Virus record (IMG/VR): IMGVR_UViG_3300023184_000396 | Location: 1-29,682 of that record | From: a virus | Taxonomy: Duplodnaviria > Caudoviricetes | Length of the DNA: 29,682 nucleotides | Reading direction: 5' to 3' (one strand) | In this document: piece after piece, positions 7,832 through 16,862 of the stretch | Position numbering within the stretch: the stretch's first letter is position 1 | How the letters are laid out: each line of letters begins with the position of its first letter | Notes under the pieces: generated by a model | The model's input: the letters and a program-made list of their open reading frames with translations, nothing else | Told to the model about the DNA's origin: nothing | Databases searched by the model: none | Position numbers and translations under genes: made by a program

Positions 7832-8277
7832 GTACGGTGGAATACGATAGAAACGGAAATATAACGGCGTACCGCGCGCATGAGCCGCCGGTCGTGGAAA
7901 CTTACGGAGAGCAGGCGACAGGAAAATCGGCGGGGAAGATAGCCGCGCCTAAGCGTTCACCGACTGTCCCGGAGATACTAGAGGCAGCGGCCGAGACGTA
8001 CCGCGCGCGCAACGCGATATACGGCGACAACTACAAGAACACCGGCGCCGTCATGCGGGCGCTTTTCCCGGACGGCGTGAAGCTCGTAACGGAGGACGAT
8101 TTCAACCGTTGGTGTCTATTCGAGCTAGTGATCGTGAAGCTAACGCGCTTCACCAACTCCGGCCTAACGCATATCGATTCAATGCACGACACGGCAGTCT
8201 ATGCCGCGATGCTCGAAAGCATGACACCGCCCGACGCTGCCGCAGTCTTTTCCCTTCCTAGAAAGGAAACCAAATGA
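7828..8277 (+). CDS. DUF6378/nucleotide-modification-associated all-alpha protein (putative dNTP pyrophosphatase)
   Basis: RNAIYGDNY...KLTRF...HIDSMHDTAVYAAM pattern. Confidence 0.65.
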   Translation: MSTVEYDRNGNITAYRAHEPPVVETYGEQATGKSAGKIAAPKRSPTVPEILEAAAETYRARNAIYGDNYKNTGAVMRALFPDGVKLVTEDDFNRWCLFELVIVKLTRFTNSGLTHIDSMHDTAVYAAMLESMTPPDAAAVFSLPRKETK

Positions 8278-8957
8278 GCCGTGTTCTCGTCACCGGATCA
8301 GCATCCGGCCTAGGCTCCGAGATTGTCGTGGCGCTGCGCTACGCGAATCACAACGTGATCGAGTTCGATTACATCTACGGGCGCGATGTTCGCGACCCTG
8401 TGAGAACATGGGGCGAAACTCCGCCCAACGACCTAGACGTGCTCATCAACTGCGCCGGGGTAAACCGTCTAGGCTGGCTGGAGAATTTCGCAGAACGCGA
8501 CTGGGACGACGTTATGGATACGAACGTCAAGGGAATATTCAAAATGGTGCAGTGGTGCCTGCCGTCCCTGACCGATACGAAAGGCACGATCATCAACATC
8601 GTCTCGAATGCCTCGCACGTCCCGATGACGTGTAGCTCGGCATACAACGCGAGCAAGGGCGCCGCGCATATCCTCACGCTCCAGATGGCGCGCGAGCTAG
8701 GCAAGCGGCACGGTATCACCGTTTTCGGAATCTCTCCCAACAAGATGGCTGGCACAGAGATGAGCCGCGCGCTTGAGCCGCAAGTCGAAGCCCTTCGCGG
8801 CTGGACGCCGGAGGAAGCGCGCGCCTATCAGCTTGCCGCGCTGCCGGCGGGAGCCGAGACGCCGCCCGCGCTCATCGCGGAGTTTATCGCCTTCCTGCTC
8901 TCTTCTAAGGAGCGGCATCGGTTCCTCGCAGGTACGGTGATTCCATATGGTGCATGA
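8274..8957 (+). CDS. Short-chain dehydrogenase/reductase (SDR)
   Basis: TGSASGLG, DVLINCAG, IINIVS, YNASK catalytic motif. Confidence 0.92.
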   Translation: MSRVLVTGSASGLGSEIVVALRYANHNVIEFDYIYGRDVRDPVRTWGETPPNDLDVLINCAGVNRLGWLENFAERDWDDVMDTNVKGIFKMVQWCLPSLTDTKGTIINIVSNASHVPMTCSSAYNASKGAAHILTLQMARELGKRHGITVFGISPNKMAGTEMSRALEPQVEALRGWTPEEARAYQLAALPAGAETPPALIAEFIAFLLSSKERHRFLAGTVIPYGA

Positions 8958-9144
8958 TGCGCGCCTGACTAGCTGGATGATAATCGAGAGAGCAACGCGC
9001 AAGGTTATCTGCGAAACATTTAAACCTGTCGTGGTTTCTTCGATCAATATCTCGAAATACGAAGCGGTCCCTATTCTTCAATATTTGCAGTCGTTAAATA
9101 TGCCCTTGCCGCGCCCGAAGGCGACGGCTAAGCTGGACGCATAA
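8947..9144 (+). CDS. Small phage protein
   Basis: SWMII...ETF...INISKYEAVPILQYL; fills the intergenic gap. Confidence 0.6.
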   Translation: MVHDARLTSWMIIERATRKVICETFKPVVVSSINISKYEAVPILQYLQSLNMPLPRPKATAKLDA

Positions 9145-9156
9145 AGGAGAAAAAGG

Positions 9157-9828
9157 ATGGCTAGATTCACGATAGACGCAATCGCGCTTGCGCCGCCGAG
9201 CGCGGCAAAGGCGATTGAGCTTCTAACGATGCTGGGCCTCGATGAATGGTCGTCGGATATCGCGAAGGCAGGCGGCGTTACTCGCGGATCGATTGAAGAG
9301 TTGTACGAAGCGGAATTGCATTTCAACACTCAGGCGACCGGCGGTGCCCCTTTGCTGGAAATCGTAGACTACAAAAAAGGGGCGCCTTGGTTTGACGCGA
9401 GCTGCGTTAGCCATCTCGGCACGCATTGTTCAGAAGAAGAGCTAAAGGAATGGAAAGCGAAATTTACCTTTTTCGGCATCCCGGTGGCGAAAGAAGCGTT
9501 CACCTATTCTCACACCAACCCCGCTATCGCAGGGAAGCGGCGATATCATTACGTGATATTCGACACACGCGCCGTGCTGGGCGTCGATCTGGAGTTCATC
9601 GTTAGGAGAGATGCGCGAACGCAGCGGCGCGTCAAATATATCGGCTCGGCTCCGGGGTTGGTTGGGAAAACCGCGTTAGCCGCCAATACGGATTACGGAG
9701 ATGCGGGAAACATTATTCGCGTTCAATTTGACGATCCGGAATTGGTTTATCACGATGTGCGACTAAGCGTAGGCTGGCATGCTTGGCCTAGGTCGTTGTT
9801 CAAGTATATCGATGAGGACGATTCATGA
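9157..9828 (+). CDS. VOC/glyoxalase-superfamily protein (methylmalonyl-CoA epimerase-like) with extra C-terminal domain
   Basis: LLEIVDY, SHLGTH, YVIFDTRAVLGVDLEFI; AAGGAG RBS. Confidence 0.65.
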   Translation: MARFTIDAIALAPPSAAKAIELLTMLGLDEWSSDIAKAGGVTRGSIEELYEAELHFNTQATGGAPLLEIVDYKKGAPWFDASCVSHLGTHCSEEELKEWKAKFTFFGIPVAKEAFTYSHTNPAIAGKRRYHYVIFDTRAVLGVDLEFIVRRDARTQRRVKYIGSAPGLVGKTALAANTDYGDAGNIIRVQFDDPELVYHDVRLSVGWHAWPRSLFKYIDEDDS

Positions 9829-10361
9829 AAAACGTCCTAGTTTGGGATACGGAGACAACGGGATTACCGTTGCACCCGGCGGCGGCCCTCGCGTTGCAGC
9901 CTCACGTTATCGAGTTTGGCTGCGCGATCCTGAGCGGCAAGACCGGCAAGCTTATCGAGACGCGCGAGTGGCTAATTAACCCGGGTGTCCCACTGCCGCC
10001 GATCATCACGAAAATCACCGGGATCACTAGCGAAGACTTGCAGGGCAAGCCTTCGTTTGCTGCCGCGTGGCCGGCTATCGCGGCGACGTTCACGGAGTGC
10101 GGTTTAGCGATTGCCCACAATGAGCCCTTCGACCACAGCATGATAGAGTTTGAGTTAACTCGCTTAGGCCAGACGGATTTTATCTGGCCTAAGCGGTTGT
10201 GCACTATCGGCCTGTTCCGCGGCGCCTTCGGGTATGACATGAAACTCACCGATCTATACGCAAACGTGACCGGGCGAACGCTAGACCAGAAACACCGCGC
10301 GGCCGGCGACGTTTCCGCACTCGTGGAAATCGTGCAGGAGGGCGGATTGTGGAAGCTGTAG
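9825..10361 (+). CDS. dnaQ: DEDDh 3'-5' exonuclease (Pol III epsilon-like)
   Basis: WDTETTGL, AHNEPFD, HRAAGDV. Confidence 0.92.
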   Translation: MKNVLVWDTETTGLPLHPAAALALQPHVIEFGCAILSGKTGKLIETREWLINPGVPLPPIITKITGITSEDLQGKPSFAAAWPAIAATFTECGLAIAHNEPFDHSMIEFELTRLGQTDFIWPKRLCTIGLFRGAFGYDMKLTDLYANVTGRTLDQKHRAAGDVSALVEIVQEGGLWKL

Positions 10362-10525
10362 TTAGCGACGAAGGCGCGGCATGGGCATTAGGATACAGCG
10401 CGTGGAAATTGCGAATGCCTGCCATATCGCCTTTCCTTCCCGGAACGAGAAATCACTCAAAATGGGGCGAAGGTTGGGAAGCCGCGAATCGCGAGCATAT
10501 CCGCCGCGAAAAGAGGAAGGCATGA
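10349..10525 (+). CDS. Rmf/CrpP-like small protein (58 aa), not in ORF track
   Basis: AGGAGG RBS, GTG start, ATGA overlap with dnaE; AWALGYSA...PF...KWGEGWEAA. Confidence 0.6.
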   Translation: MEAVVSDEGAAWALGYSAWKLRMPAISPFLPGTRNHSKWGEGWEAANREHIRREKRKA

Positions 10526-13311
10526 AACTCGCGCAACTCCGCATCCGCACTGAGTTTAGCTTTCGGCAGGCTTTCGGGCCGTTGCCCCGGGTAGCCTCCG
10601 CGCTGGAGGCTACCGGCTGCCCGGCGGCCGGGATCGTGGACGATAGCACTTGGGGACACGTCCGGTGGGGTGCTGCGCTGGCTGCCGTGGGCGTAAAGCC
10701 CCTATTCGGTACGACCGTGGCCGTCCCTAGCCCGGACGGCGCCCGACGCCCTCTAGCGTGGGCGCTAGCCCGGGAAACTCGGGCCTTCTATCGGTTCTCG
10801 ACGGCAGCACGGCTGCCGGGCGCAGACGTGCAAGCCCTATTCCGGGCCGGCGGAGGTGCTGCCGTGCGCTTCGCAGGGGCGGCCCTCACGGACCCGGAGG
10901 ATTTCGACTATATCGATATCAATCCGGGCAGTCCCGTAATGACGGCCCGGGCGCTAGCCCTCGCCAAGAAGACCGGAAAACCTCTAGTCGTCACCTCCGA
11001 CAACCTCTATCCGACGCCCGCAGATAAGGCGGCGTTTCAGGCGATGGGCGGGCGCGAACGGACGACACCGCAACATATCCTTTCCCTCGATGAGCTTCGG
11101 ATTGCGCTGCCGGAACTATCTAAGGCTCAATTCAACCGCGCCATCGAAAATAACCTAGCGGTCGCGGAAGCGTGCGCGAGCGTCCTGCCGGCTGCGCCCC
11201 TAATCAAGGTGAAGGGTGATTTCCGAAAGATGGTCGAGGCCGGACGCAAGTCGCGTCTCGCCCGTGGCCATCTCCCGGGCTGGCCTCCCGAATACGCAGC
11301 ACGACTAAAGCGGGAAATCCTCGCCATTGAAGCGAAGGAATATCAATCGTACTTTCTCGTTGTGGCGGACCTAGTGCAGTGGGCGAAGAAACATATGCTA
11401 GTCGGCCCGGGCCGCGGTTCGTCTGCCGGCTCCCTGCTTTGCTACCTCGTCGGCATCACGGAGGTGGACCCTATCCCGCACGGCCTGCTGTTCGAGCGCT
11501 TCATCGATTTAACGCGAAAGGACTTGCCCGATATCGATATCGACTTCAACGACAACAAACGCGAGATGGTGTTCAAATACCTCGCAGAAAAGTACGGCGC
11601 CGCGAACGTCTCCCGCATCGGAAACATATCGACGCTTCAGGCTCGCAGCGTCCTCGCGGAAGCGTGCAAGCGCCTAGGCATCCCGGACCGCGAGAAGTTC
11701 GACCTGTTCAACGTCCTTATCGAGCATAGCAGCGGCGACGCTCGTTACGGCAAGGGCGTCGAGGACACCCTAACCGAAACCGAGGTGGGACGAAGCTTCG
11801 CGCGACGCTATCCAGAATCGGCTATCATCACCAACCTCGAAAACCATTCATGGCATACCTCCGTCCACGCCGCGGGGGTGATCGTCTCTAATGAAGCGGT
11901 AAGCGACTATTGCACTGTCGTGGACGGGGTTGCCCAGATCGATAAGCCGGACGCCGAAAAGCTAAACCTGTTGAAGATCGACGCGCTGGGCCTGCGCACA
12001 TTAGGGATTATCGAGGACGCGGGAGTCGTTACGCCGGAGGAGCTTTACAGCCTGAAGCTCGATGACCCCAAGGTGATGGATATTTTCAACGCGCATCGTT
12101 ATAGCTCCATCTTCCAATTCGAGGGTTTCAGCCAGCGTCGCGTTGCGTCGCTAGTCCACATCGATAGCTTTCGCACTATCGATCATATCACGGCGCTCGC
12201 GCGGCCCGGGCCGCTGGGCGGCGGCGCGACCGACAAATATGTTCTGCGCAAGGCCGGCAAGCAAGAGATAGAGGCCGCACACCCGCTTATCGCGAAGATG
12301 CTAGAAGACACTTACGGTGTCGTCCTGTACCAAGAACAGGTGATGAAGATCGTCCGGGAGATAGGGAAATTTTCTTGGGAGGACACGACCGTTATCCGCA
12401 AGTCTATGAGCGGCAGCAAGGGCGTCGAATTTTTCAACCGTTACGAAGAGCAATTCGTGAAGGGGGCCGCGGGCGACGATATTAGCGACGGCACCGCACG
12501 GATCATCTGGCGGGAAATATGCGCCTTCGGAGCTTGGGGCATGAACCGCGCTCATACCTGTTCATACGCCGTCATAAGCTATTGGTGCGCGTGGATGAAA
12601 GTTTATCACCCCCTAGAGTTCGCCGCGGCCTGCCTTCGCGGCGCGAAAGACGACGACGGGGCGGTATCGGTTTTGCGCGAGATGGCGACTGAACATATCG
12701 GGTATATTCCGTTCGACATCGAGCGCAGCGCGGAGGACTGGAGCGTCATCGACGGGCATCTAGTCGGTGGGTGGAAAAACTTAGTCGGCATCGGGCCGGC
12801 GAAGGCGAAGGCGGCGCTAGAGGCCCGGGCCGGGGGGAAGCTGGACCGGGCGAAGTATGCAAAGCATGAGGTGAAATTCTCGGAGCTTTACCCGCTGAAG
12901 ACCCGGTACGCCGACTTGATCGCTAACCCGGAAAAGTATGGGTGCCGTGAAGGGTCTCAAGTCGTAACCGCCGACCTGTTTCCGGAATCGGGCGACGTGC
13001 TTTACATCGGACGCCTCATCGAGAAGCGACAGAACGATAGCAACGAAGGCCGCCGCGTGCAGAAACGGGGCGGCAAGTTGCTGAAAGGCCCCACCCTTTT
13101 CGTGGACCTGATCCTGAAAGACGACTCTGGAATGGTTTTTATGTTCCGCATAGGCCGATTCGATTTCATGCCGCTCGGAAAGATCGCTTTTGAGAACCTT
13201 AAGGAAGGTGACGACTTGCTAGTGCGCGCCCGGCGCATTGCGAACTATCATTTCGCGGTAATCGAACGGCTTAAGTGCCTCAACCGACCGGAGGCGCTCG
13301 ATGGCGCGTAA
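10522..13311 (+). CDS. dnaE: DNA polymerase III alpha subunit (family C)
   Basis: GPGRGSSAGSL, LLFERF, DLPDIDIDF, HAAGVIV, KIDALGL, YQEQVM; start revised to ATG 10522 after GAGGAAGG. Confidence 0.96.
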   Translation: MKLAQLRIRTEFSFRQAFGPLPRVASALEATGCPAAGIVDDSTWGHVRWGAALAAVGVKPLFGTTVAVPSPDGARRPLAWALARETRAFYRFSTAARLPGADVQALFRAGGGAAVRFAGAALTDPEDFDYIDINPGSPVMTARALALAKKTGKPLVVTSDNLYPTPADKAAFQAMGGRERTTPQHILSLDELRIALPELSKAQFNRAIENNLAVAEACASVLPAAPLIKVKGDFRKMVEAGRKSRLARGHLPGWPPEYAARLKREILAIEAKEYQSYFLVVADLVQWAKKHMLVGPGRGSSAGSLLCYLVGITEVDPIPHGLLFERFIDLTRKDLPDIDIDFNDNKREMVFKYLAEKYGAANVSRIGNISTLQARSVLAEACKRLGIPDREKFDLFNVLIEHSSGDARYGKGVEDTLTETEVGRSFARRYPESAIITNLENHSWHTSVHAAGVIVSNEAVSDYCTVVDGVAQIDKPDAEKLNLLKIDALGLRTLGIIEDAGVVTPEELYSLKLDDPKVMDIFNAHRYSSIFQFEGFSQRRVASLVHIDSFRTIDHITALARPGPLGGGATDKYVLRKAGKQEIEAAHPLIAKMLEDTYGVVLYQEQVMKIVREIGKFSWEDTTVIRKSMSGSKGVEFFNRYEEQFVKGAAGDDISDGTARIIWREICAFGAWGMNRAHTCSYAVISYWCAWMKVYHPLEFAAACLRGAKDDDGAVSVLREMATEHIGYIPFDIERSAEDWSVIDGHLVGGWKNLVGIGPAKAKAALEARAGGKLDRAKYAKHEVKFSELYPLKTRYADLIANPEKYGCREGSQVVTADLFPESGDVLYIGRLIEKRQNDSNEGRRVQKRGGKLLKGPTLFVDLILKDDSGMVFMFRIGRFDFMPLGKIAFENLKEGDDLLVRARRIANYHFAVIERLKCLNRPEALDGA

Positions 13312-13708
13312 GCCGGAGCAACTACTGTGGGACCGCAAACGGCGGGCATTGCCGCGCGCTATCCATATTGAACGCATTGAGAACCTAGTCGGCGCCGGCA
13401 CCCCGGACCAATGCGCGATCTATTGCGGCCGGGTGACGTGGATGGAAGATAAGATTGCTCACACGCCGAAGCGCTCTAGCACCCGTCTCCAGTTTAATCA
13501 CCCGTTGGAGCCGGAACAATGCAACTGGCACCTAAACTGGTATCAAAAGGGCGGAACGAGCATCATCGTTATTGATGTTATCGCGCGAGGGATTTTCATG
13601 GTGCCCGGCTTCGCGGCGGACGAAGTGAATGAGATGACTGCCGAAAGCATCGCGCGCTACGCCGCGACGTGGACGAGCATTGACCGATATCTGAGGAATC
13701 ACCGATGA
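13301..13708 (+). CDS. VRR-NUC / PD-(D/E)xK nuclease (Holliday junction resolvase-like)
   Basis: RIEN...GTPD...WMEDK...PEQxxWH...GG. Confidence 0.75.
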   Translation: MARKPEQLLWDRKRRALPRAIHIERIENLVGAGTPDQCAIYCGRVTWMEDKIAHTPKRSSTRLQFNHPLEPEQCNWHLNWYQKGGTSIIVIDVIARGIFMVPGFAADEVNEMTAESIARYAATWTSIDRYLRNHR

Positions 13709-14371
13709 AGCCGCTGGCGCTTGATCTTTTTTGCGGCGCGGGCGGCGCGTCGATGGGGCTACATCGCGCCGGTTTCACCGTGATCGGCGTCGATATAAAG
13801 CCTCAGCCGCGCTATCCGTTTTCGTTCATCCAAGGTGACGCGCTGCGCTATCCGTTAACCGGCTTCGATCTAGTTTGGGCATCGCCGCCGTGCCAAGGGT
13901 ATTCCGAAATGAGGCACGCGCCGGGCGCGCTAGGCACCGCACCGAAATTGATTGGGAAAGTGAGAGACAGATTGCAGTCGGTTAACGCTTTATACGTTAT
14001 CGAAAATGTCCGGGCCGCGGCAGCCGAAATGCGCGCGCCAATTACGCTTTGTGGATCGATGTTTGATCTAGGCGCACAAGGTTGCCAATTGCAACGGCAT
14101 AGATTGTTTGAAATCAATTTCAAGATCGCGGTGCCGCAATGCGCCCATCGCGGCCCGGCAATTGGGGTTTACGGCGGCCACGCGCGAAAGCGCTCCGCTG
14201 CCCACGGCGGACGCGGCACTAAAGACGCCTTGGAAAGGCGGGCATCGCGCGGCGGAAAGCGAGGCATTAGGAATAGACTGGATGACGCTGTCCGAAATGA
14301 GCGAATCGATCCCGCCCGCCTATGCGGAGTATATCGGCAGGGCCGCGAGGAAGGAGCTTGAGACGAAATGA
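13705..14371 (+). pseudogene. DNA (cytosine-5) methyltransferase, frameshifted near 14230
   Basis: [24 protein letters not shown] in one frame; GIDWMT...[13 protein letters not shown] in the +1 frame. Confidence 0.8.
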
Positions 14372-15867
14372 AAACAAAAGGCATGAAGCACCAGCTAGAG
14401 GCCATGCGGCGCATGCGCGGCCGGAAGTTTTTTGCGCTCTTCATGGAACAGGGCACGGGCAAGACGTGGTGCTATTTGAAGAAGGCTGAAGAACTATATA
14501 CCGCCGGGGAAATCGACGCGGTGCTAGTCATCGCCCCGAAGGGCGTCCACACCAATTGGGTGCGGCGCGAGATACCGGCACATTGGGAAGGCAAGATCAT
14601 CGCCCGCGCGTGGCAGAGCGGCGCCGGGGTGAAGGCTATGGCGCTGCTGCAAAAGCTATTCGAGCCGCGTGACCGGGGCGAGCAACCGCCTATGCGCGTC
14701 CTCTCGATGAACATCGACGCCCTCAATACGAATGCTGGTTTCGAGTATGCCGCGAAGTTTCTGCGGGCAACGCGGGCCATGATCGTCTTTGATGAGTCGA
14801 GCCGCGGCAAGAATCCGAAGGCAGAGCGGATGAAGGCCCTCATGAAACTCCGGACGCTCGCGGGATACGTGCTGATAGGGTCGGGCACGCCGATCACCAA
14901 CGCGCCCACCGACGTTTTCGCGCCTTTCGAGTTCATGGAATCGGGCCTGCTTGGGACCGATAGCCACCGGGCCTTCATCGCGGAATATTCTTCGATCATG
15001 TCCCCGGATCATCCGATGATGAAGCGCATGGTGCAGAAGAACCCGCGCATTGCCTTCGCCCAGATCGTAGAACGCGATAAGGACGGCGCCCCGATCTGGC
15101 GTAACCTTGAAAAGCTGCAAGCGCTAATTGCCCCGCATTCGTACCGGGTGCTCAAACAGGACTGCTTGGACCTCCCGGAGAAAATTTACAAACAGGTTTA
15201 CTTCGACCTAGCTCCGGCGCAGAAACGGGCCTATGCCGTAATGGAAAACCAATTCCGCATCGAGCTGGGGAACGATAGCATCGAGGCGGTAAGCAAGCTC
15301 AACTCAATAACGAAGCTGCAACAGATCACCTCCGGCTTCGTCATGTCGAAGACGATGGACGGGACTATCACGATTGGAGACGATAACCCGCGCTTAGCGG
15401 CGTTATTGTCTCTAATCGAAGACATCAATGGCCAATTCATTATATGGGCACGCTTCCGCGAAGAGTTGCGTATCATCGCCGCCGCGTTGCGCGAGGCCGG
15501 AATAACGACCGTCGAATATCACGGTGGTATCACGTCGAGCAAGGCGCGAGACGAAGCGGTGGACGACTTTCAGGCAGGCCGCGCGCGCGCCTTCGTCGGG
15601 CAACCGCAATCCGGCGGCATCGGGCTGACCCTCACCGCCGCGGAGAACGTCATTTATTATTCCAACGACTACAACCTAGAGACTAGGTTGCAATCGGAGG
15701 ATCGCGCGCACCGCATCGGGACGAAGCGCAACGTAGTCTACACAGACATCGTTGCGGAAGACACGATTGACGAACCAATCGCGCAGGCCCTCCAACGCAA
15801 GGCGAACGTCGCCGCGATTATCCTTAACGACCCGGCTTGCTTTCTCGACGAGCGACGGGCAGCCTAG
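14368..15867 (+). CDS. SNF2-family helicase/ATPase
   Basis: [34 protein letters not shown]. Confidence 0.93.
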   Translation: MKTKGMKHQLEAMRRMRGRKFFALFMEQGTGKTWCYLKKAEELYTAGEIDAVLVIAPKGVHTNWVRREIPAHWEGKIIARAWQSGAGVKAMALLQKLFEPRDRGEQPPMRVLSMNIDALNTNAGFEYAAKFLRATRAMIVFDESSRGKNPKAERMKALMKLRTLAGYVLIGSGTPITNAPTDVFAPFEFMESGLLGTDSHRAFIAEYSSIMSPDHPMMKRMVQKNPRIAFAQIVERDKDGAPIWRNLEKLQALIAPHSYRVLKQDCLDLPEKIYKQVYFDLAPAQKRAYAVMENQFRIELGNDSIEAVSKLNSITKLQQITSGFVMSKTMDGTITIGDDNPRLAALLSLIEDINGQFIIWARFREELRIIAAALREAGITTVEYHGGITSSKARDEAVDDFQAGRARAFVGQPQSGGIGLTLTAAENVIYYSNDYNLETRLQSEDRAHRIGTKRNVVYTDIVAEDTIDEPIAQALQRKANVAAIILNDPACFLDERRAA

Positions 15868-15891
15868 GCTTTGCAAAGAAAGGATACAATT

Positions 15892-16227
15892 TTGGCCAGA
15901 GTATTTGTTCCCCAGAAGCCTAGCCGCTTCGACAAGGCATCCAATCTGTGGGTGCCGACCGTCGATCTTAGCGCGGCAGAAAAGTATGGCGTTCTAAACG
16001 TCATGCTGCCGCCGGAGGCTAACCGCCTGCACACCGTTCCTCTTCTCGCTGCCCTGCGGGAGAAGATGAGCGAGTATAGCCGCGAAGACTATTTCGTGGC
16101 GATGGGCGACCCCACGATCATCGCCGCCGCGGCCTGCCTCGCGGCGATCAAAACCGGCGGCCTATTGCGCATGCTGAAATGGGACCGGCAGTCCAGCGAC
16201 TATATCGCCGTGGAGTTCCAGATATGA
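15892..16227 (+). CDS. Hypothetical replication-region protein
   Basis: AGAAAGGA RBS then TTG start; GDP...LKWDRQ...Y. Confidence 0.7.
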   Translation: MARVFVPQKPSRFDKASNLWVPTVDLSAAEKYGVLNVMLPPEANRLHTVPLLAALREKMSEYSREDYFVAMGDPTIIAAAACLAAIKTGGLLRMLKWDRQSSDYIAVEFQI

Positions 16228-16808
16228 GCAAGCCCAAGACCGGCGCGGCGCCTCTACACTTCACGCCCGCGACCGTCGATCCCGGCGACGCACTCGCCCG
16301 CATAACGGCCATGTCGGAGGCCCTGCGGGACGCGCAAGCGCGTGTCGCGACGGCGGCAGTGGTGCTAGCAGCCGCACAAAAGGACCAGTCGCGTATCGAA
16401 CTAGAAGACCTCCCGGACCTTATGAAGGAATTGCGCCTCAAGGAAATTATGCTTGAGGACGGCTCTAAGGTTCTCCTCACCGAGGAAGTCCAATGCGGCA
16501 TAACCGCTGCCAACCGGGAGGCCGCGCTAGAGTGGCTGCGCGCGAACGGGTACGGCGGCCTGATTAAGACCGACCTTTCTCTAGAGTTTGGCAAGGGTGA
16601 GGAAGAAGAAGCGCGGAGCCTTCTAGGCAGCATCCAGAAGCTGACGAACCGCCCTGTTGAGATTGGCGAAGGCGTTCACCACTCGACGCTCAAGAGCTTC
16701 GTTAAGGAACGCCGTGAGGCGGGCACGCAACTCCCCGCCGATCTATTCTCAATCCATCCTTTCGCTAAGGCGACCCTCAAGGCGCCGAAGGCGGCTAAGG
16801 TTAAGTGA
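16224..16808 (+). CDS. Phage protein of the type found upstream of SSB-like genes
   Basis: LPDLM...LEDG...ALEWLRANGYGGLIK...VHHSTLKSFVKE; ATGA overlap. Confidence 0.7.
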   Translation: MSKPKTGAAPLHFTPATVDPGDALARITAMSEALRDAQARVATAAVVLAAAQKDQSRIELEDLPDLMKELRLKEIMLEDGSKVLLTEEVQCGITAANREAALEWLRANGYGGLIKTDLSLEFGKGEEEEARSLLGSIQKLTNRPVEIGEGVHHSTLKSFVKERREAGTQLPADLFSIHPFAKATLKAPKAAKVK

Positions 16809-16844
16809 TAGGGCATTCCGCCCGCGGCCCTAACTAACGCGGGC
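16809..16844 (+). promoter_or_regulatory. H-type RNA pseudoknot in the leader of the SSB-like gene
   Basis: TAGGGC(16809-14)/GCCCTA(16827-32) and GCCCGCG(16820-26)/CGCGGGC(16838-44) are perfect interleaved stems ending 3 nt before AAAGGAG. Confidence 0.6.
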
Positions 16845-16862
16845 AATAAAGGAGAATACACT

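Noticed and set aside
10381-10521. N-terminal extension of DnaE from ATG 10381
   Set aside because: The PHP-like sequence begins at 10522 after a good RBS, and the interval is better explained by ORF 10349-10525
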